Shown one piece after another: positions 63,243 to 64,000 of a stretch of 64,000 nt of DNA. Source of the stretch: Nitrospirota bacterium (lineage in GTDB: Bacteria; Nitrospirota; Nitrospiria; Nitrospirales; Nitrospiraceae); NCBI GenBank assembly GCA_963701855.1, contig CAVPBK010000006.1, positions 480,001 through 544,000 of the forward strand, in the 5' to 3' direction. Each line of letters starts with the position of its first letter. Positions within the stretch are counted from its first letter, which is position 1. Position numbers and translations under genes: made by a program. The notes under the pieces are model-generated. The model was not told the origin of the DNA, did not search any database, and saw only the letters and a list, made by a program, of their open reading frames with translations.

Positions 63243-64000
63243 TTATCGGGAACGTTCATACCGCCAGCCAAGTGGGCCAGAACAGGTGGGCACGACAATA
63301 ACATTCATCAAATTCTCACTCACAAACTGGGCCTGGGCCAAACGCGCGCGCGCCTCGTCTGCGAACACCCCAAACACCGTTGCCCCACTTCCGGAGAGCA
63401 GCGCAATCTCCGCTCCGTAAGCCTGCAAGTTTTTTTTAATCTCCCGAAGCTTGCCATGCGTGGCGAAGACCGGCACTTCGAAATCATTCTCTGCCGCATC
63501 AATCAATTGAACCCAGCTCACTCCAGATTGCCGGTCGAGTTCTTGCTGAACCAACGACAGCGGTATAACAGCAGTCCTGGTCGCAGCCAATTCTTGATAG
63601 GCCCATTTGGTATTGACCCCAAACCCCGGGTTGACGAGCACGATCCAGCGCGCCCCTTCAACGACGACCGGACGAACCGTTTCCCCACGACCCGCCACAA
63701 ACGCTGAGGGGGCAAAGAGAAAAAATGGCACATCACTACCTAACGATTGCCCAGCATCAGCCATCTGCGCCGGGGACCACTCCAGCCGTAACAAATAGTT
63801 CAACCCTATGATGGTAGCTGCGGCATCGCTGCTTCCGCCACCGAGACCGGCTCCCATCGGAATGCGCTTACGCAGGTCAATGTCGAGACCGATCGATTGC
63901 TGGGCTCGCGCCAATACCTCGATGGCGGCACGATAGACGAGGTTACTCTGGTCTGCAGCCAGCTGCGTCGCATCACATCTCAGCTGAATACCCTGTCGCT
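63243..64000 (-). CDS. ispE: 4-diphosphocytidyl-2-C-methyl-D-erythritol kinase (5' end outside the window)
   Basis: KRIPMGAGLGGGSSDAA, LGSDVPFF, GRGE, NDFE, LSGSG. Confidence 0.96.
   Translation of the reverse strand, partial: RQGIQLRCDATQLAADQSNLVYRAAIEVLARAQQSIGLDIDLRKRIPMGAGLGGGSSDAAATIIGLNYLLRLEWSPAQMADAGQSLGSDVPFFLFAPSAFVAGRGETVRPVVVEGARWIVLVNPGFGVNTKWAYQELAATRTAVIPLSLVQQELDRQSGVSWVQLIDAAENDFEVPVFATHGKLREIKKNLQAYGAEIALLSGSGATVFGVFADEARARLAQAQFVSENLMNVIVVPTCSGPLGWRYERSR

Overview
This is a bacterial chromosome segment, most likely Nitrospira (Nitrospirota). That is inferred from the reductive TCA cycle cluster on the minus strand: forB-C-E-D-A, then aclB-aclA-acn-icd-frdB-frdA-sucC-sucD. 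The core gene content also includes metK-ahcY, queF-apaH, folD-metF-panB, and a long minus-strand run from ispE and prs through ribosomal protein and fatty acid genes to rnc and two cyclophilins. Two accessory, visibly AT-richer patches sit at about 6-15.5 kb and 33.4-35.4 kb. They contain orphan tRNA-derived att-like scars, a decayed integron-cassette-like array with an attC-like site, a bacterial indoleamine 2,3-dioxygenase homolog and a 41-aa Cys3His membrane ORF below the ORF-track cutoff. The most striking non-genic signal is a set of intergenic repeat families placed just after stop codons. Family A is a MITE with IS5-like ends whose YTAR target overlaps stop codons. Family B is a ~100-nt hairpin with a conserved, covarying apex and copy-specific closing stems. 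Family C is a ~197-nt structured element whose copies border foreign DNA. Families D and E are 7-bp and 9-bp inverted tandem arrays. A relic of ccsA lies upstream of tlpA-ccdA, and rplY carries a one-base frameshift. I saw no rRNA, intact tRNA, CRISPR array, transposase or integrase. All protein assignments come from motif recognition by eye; no database search was run.
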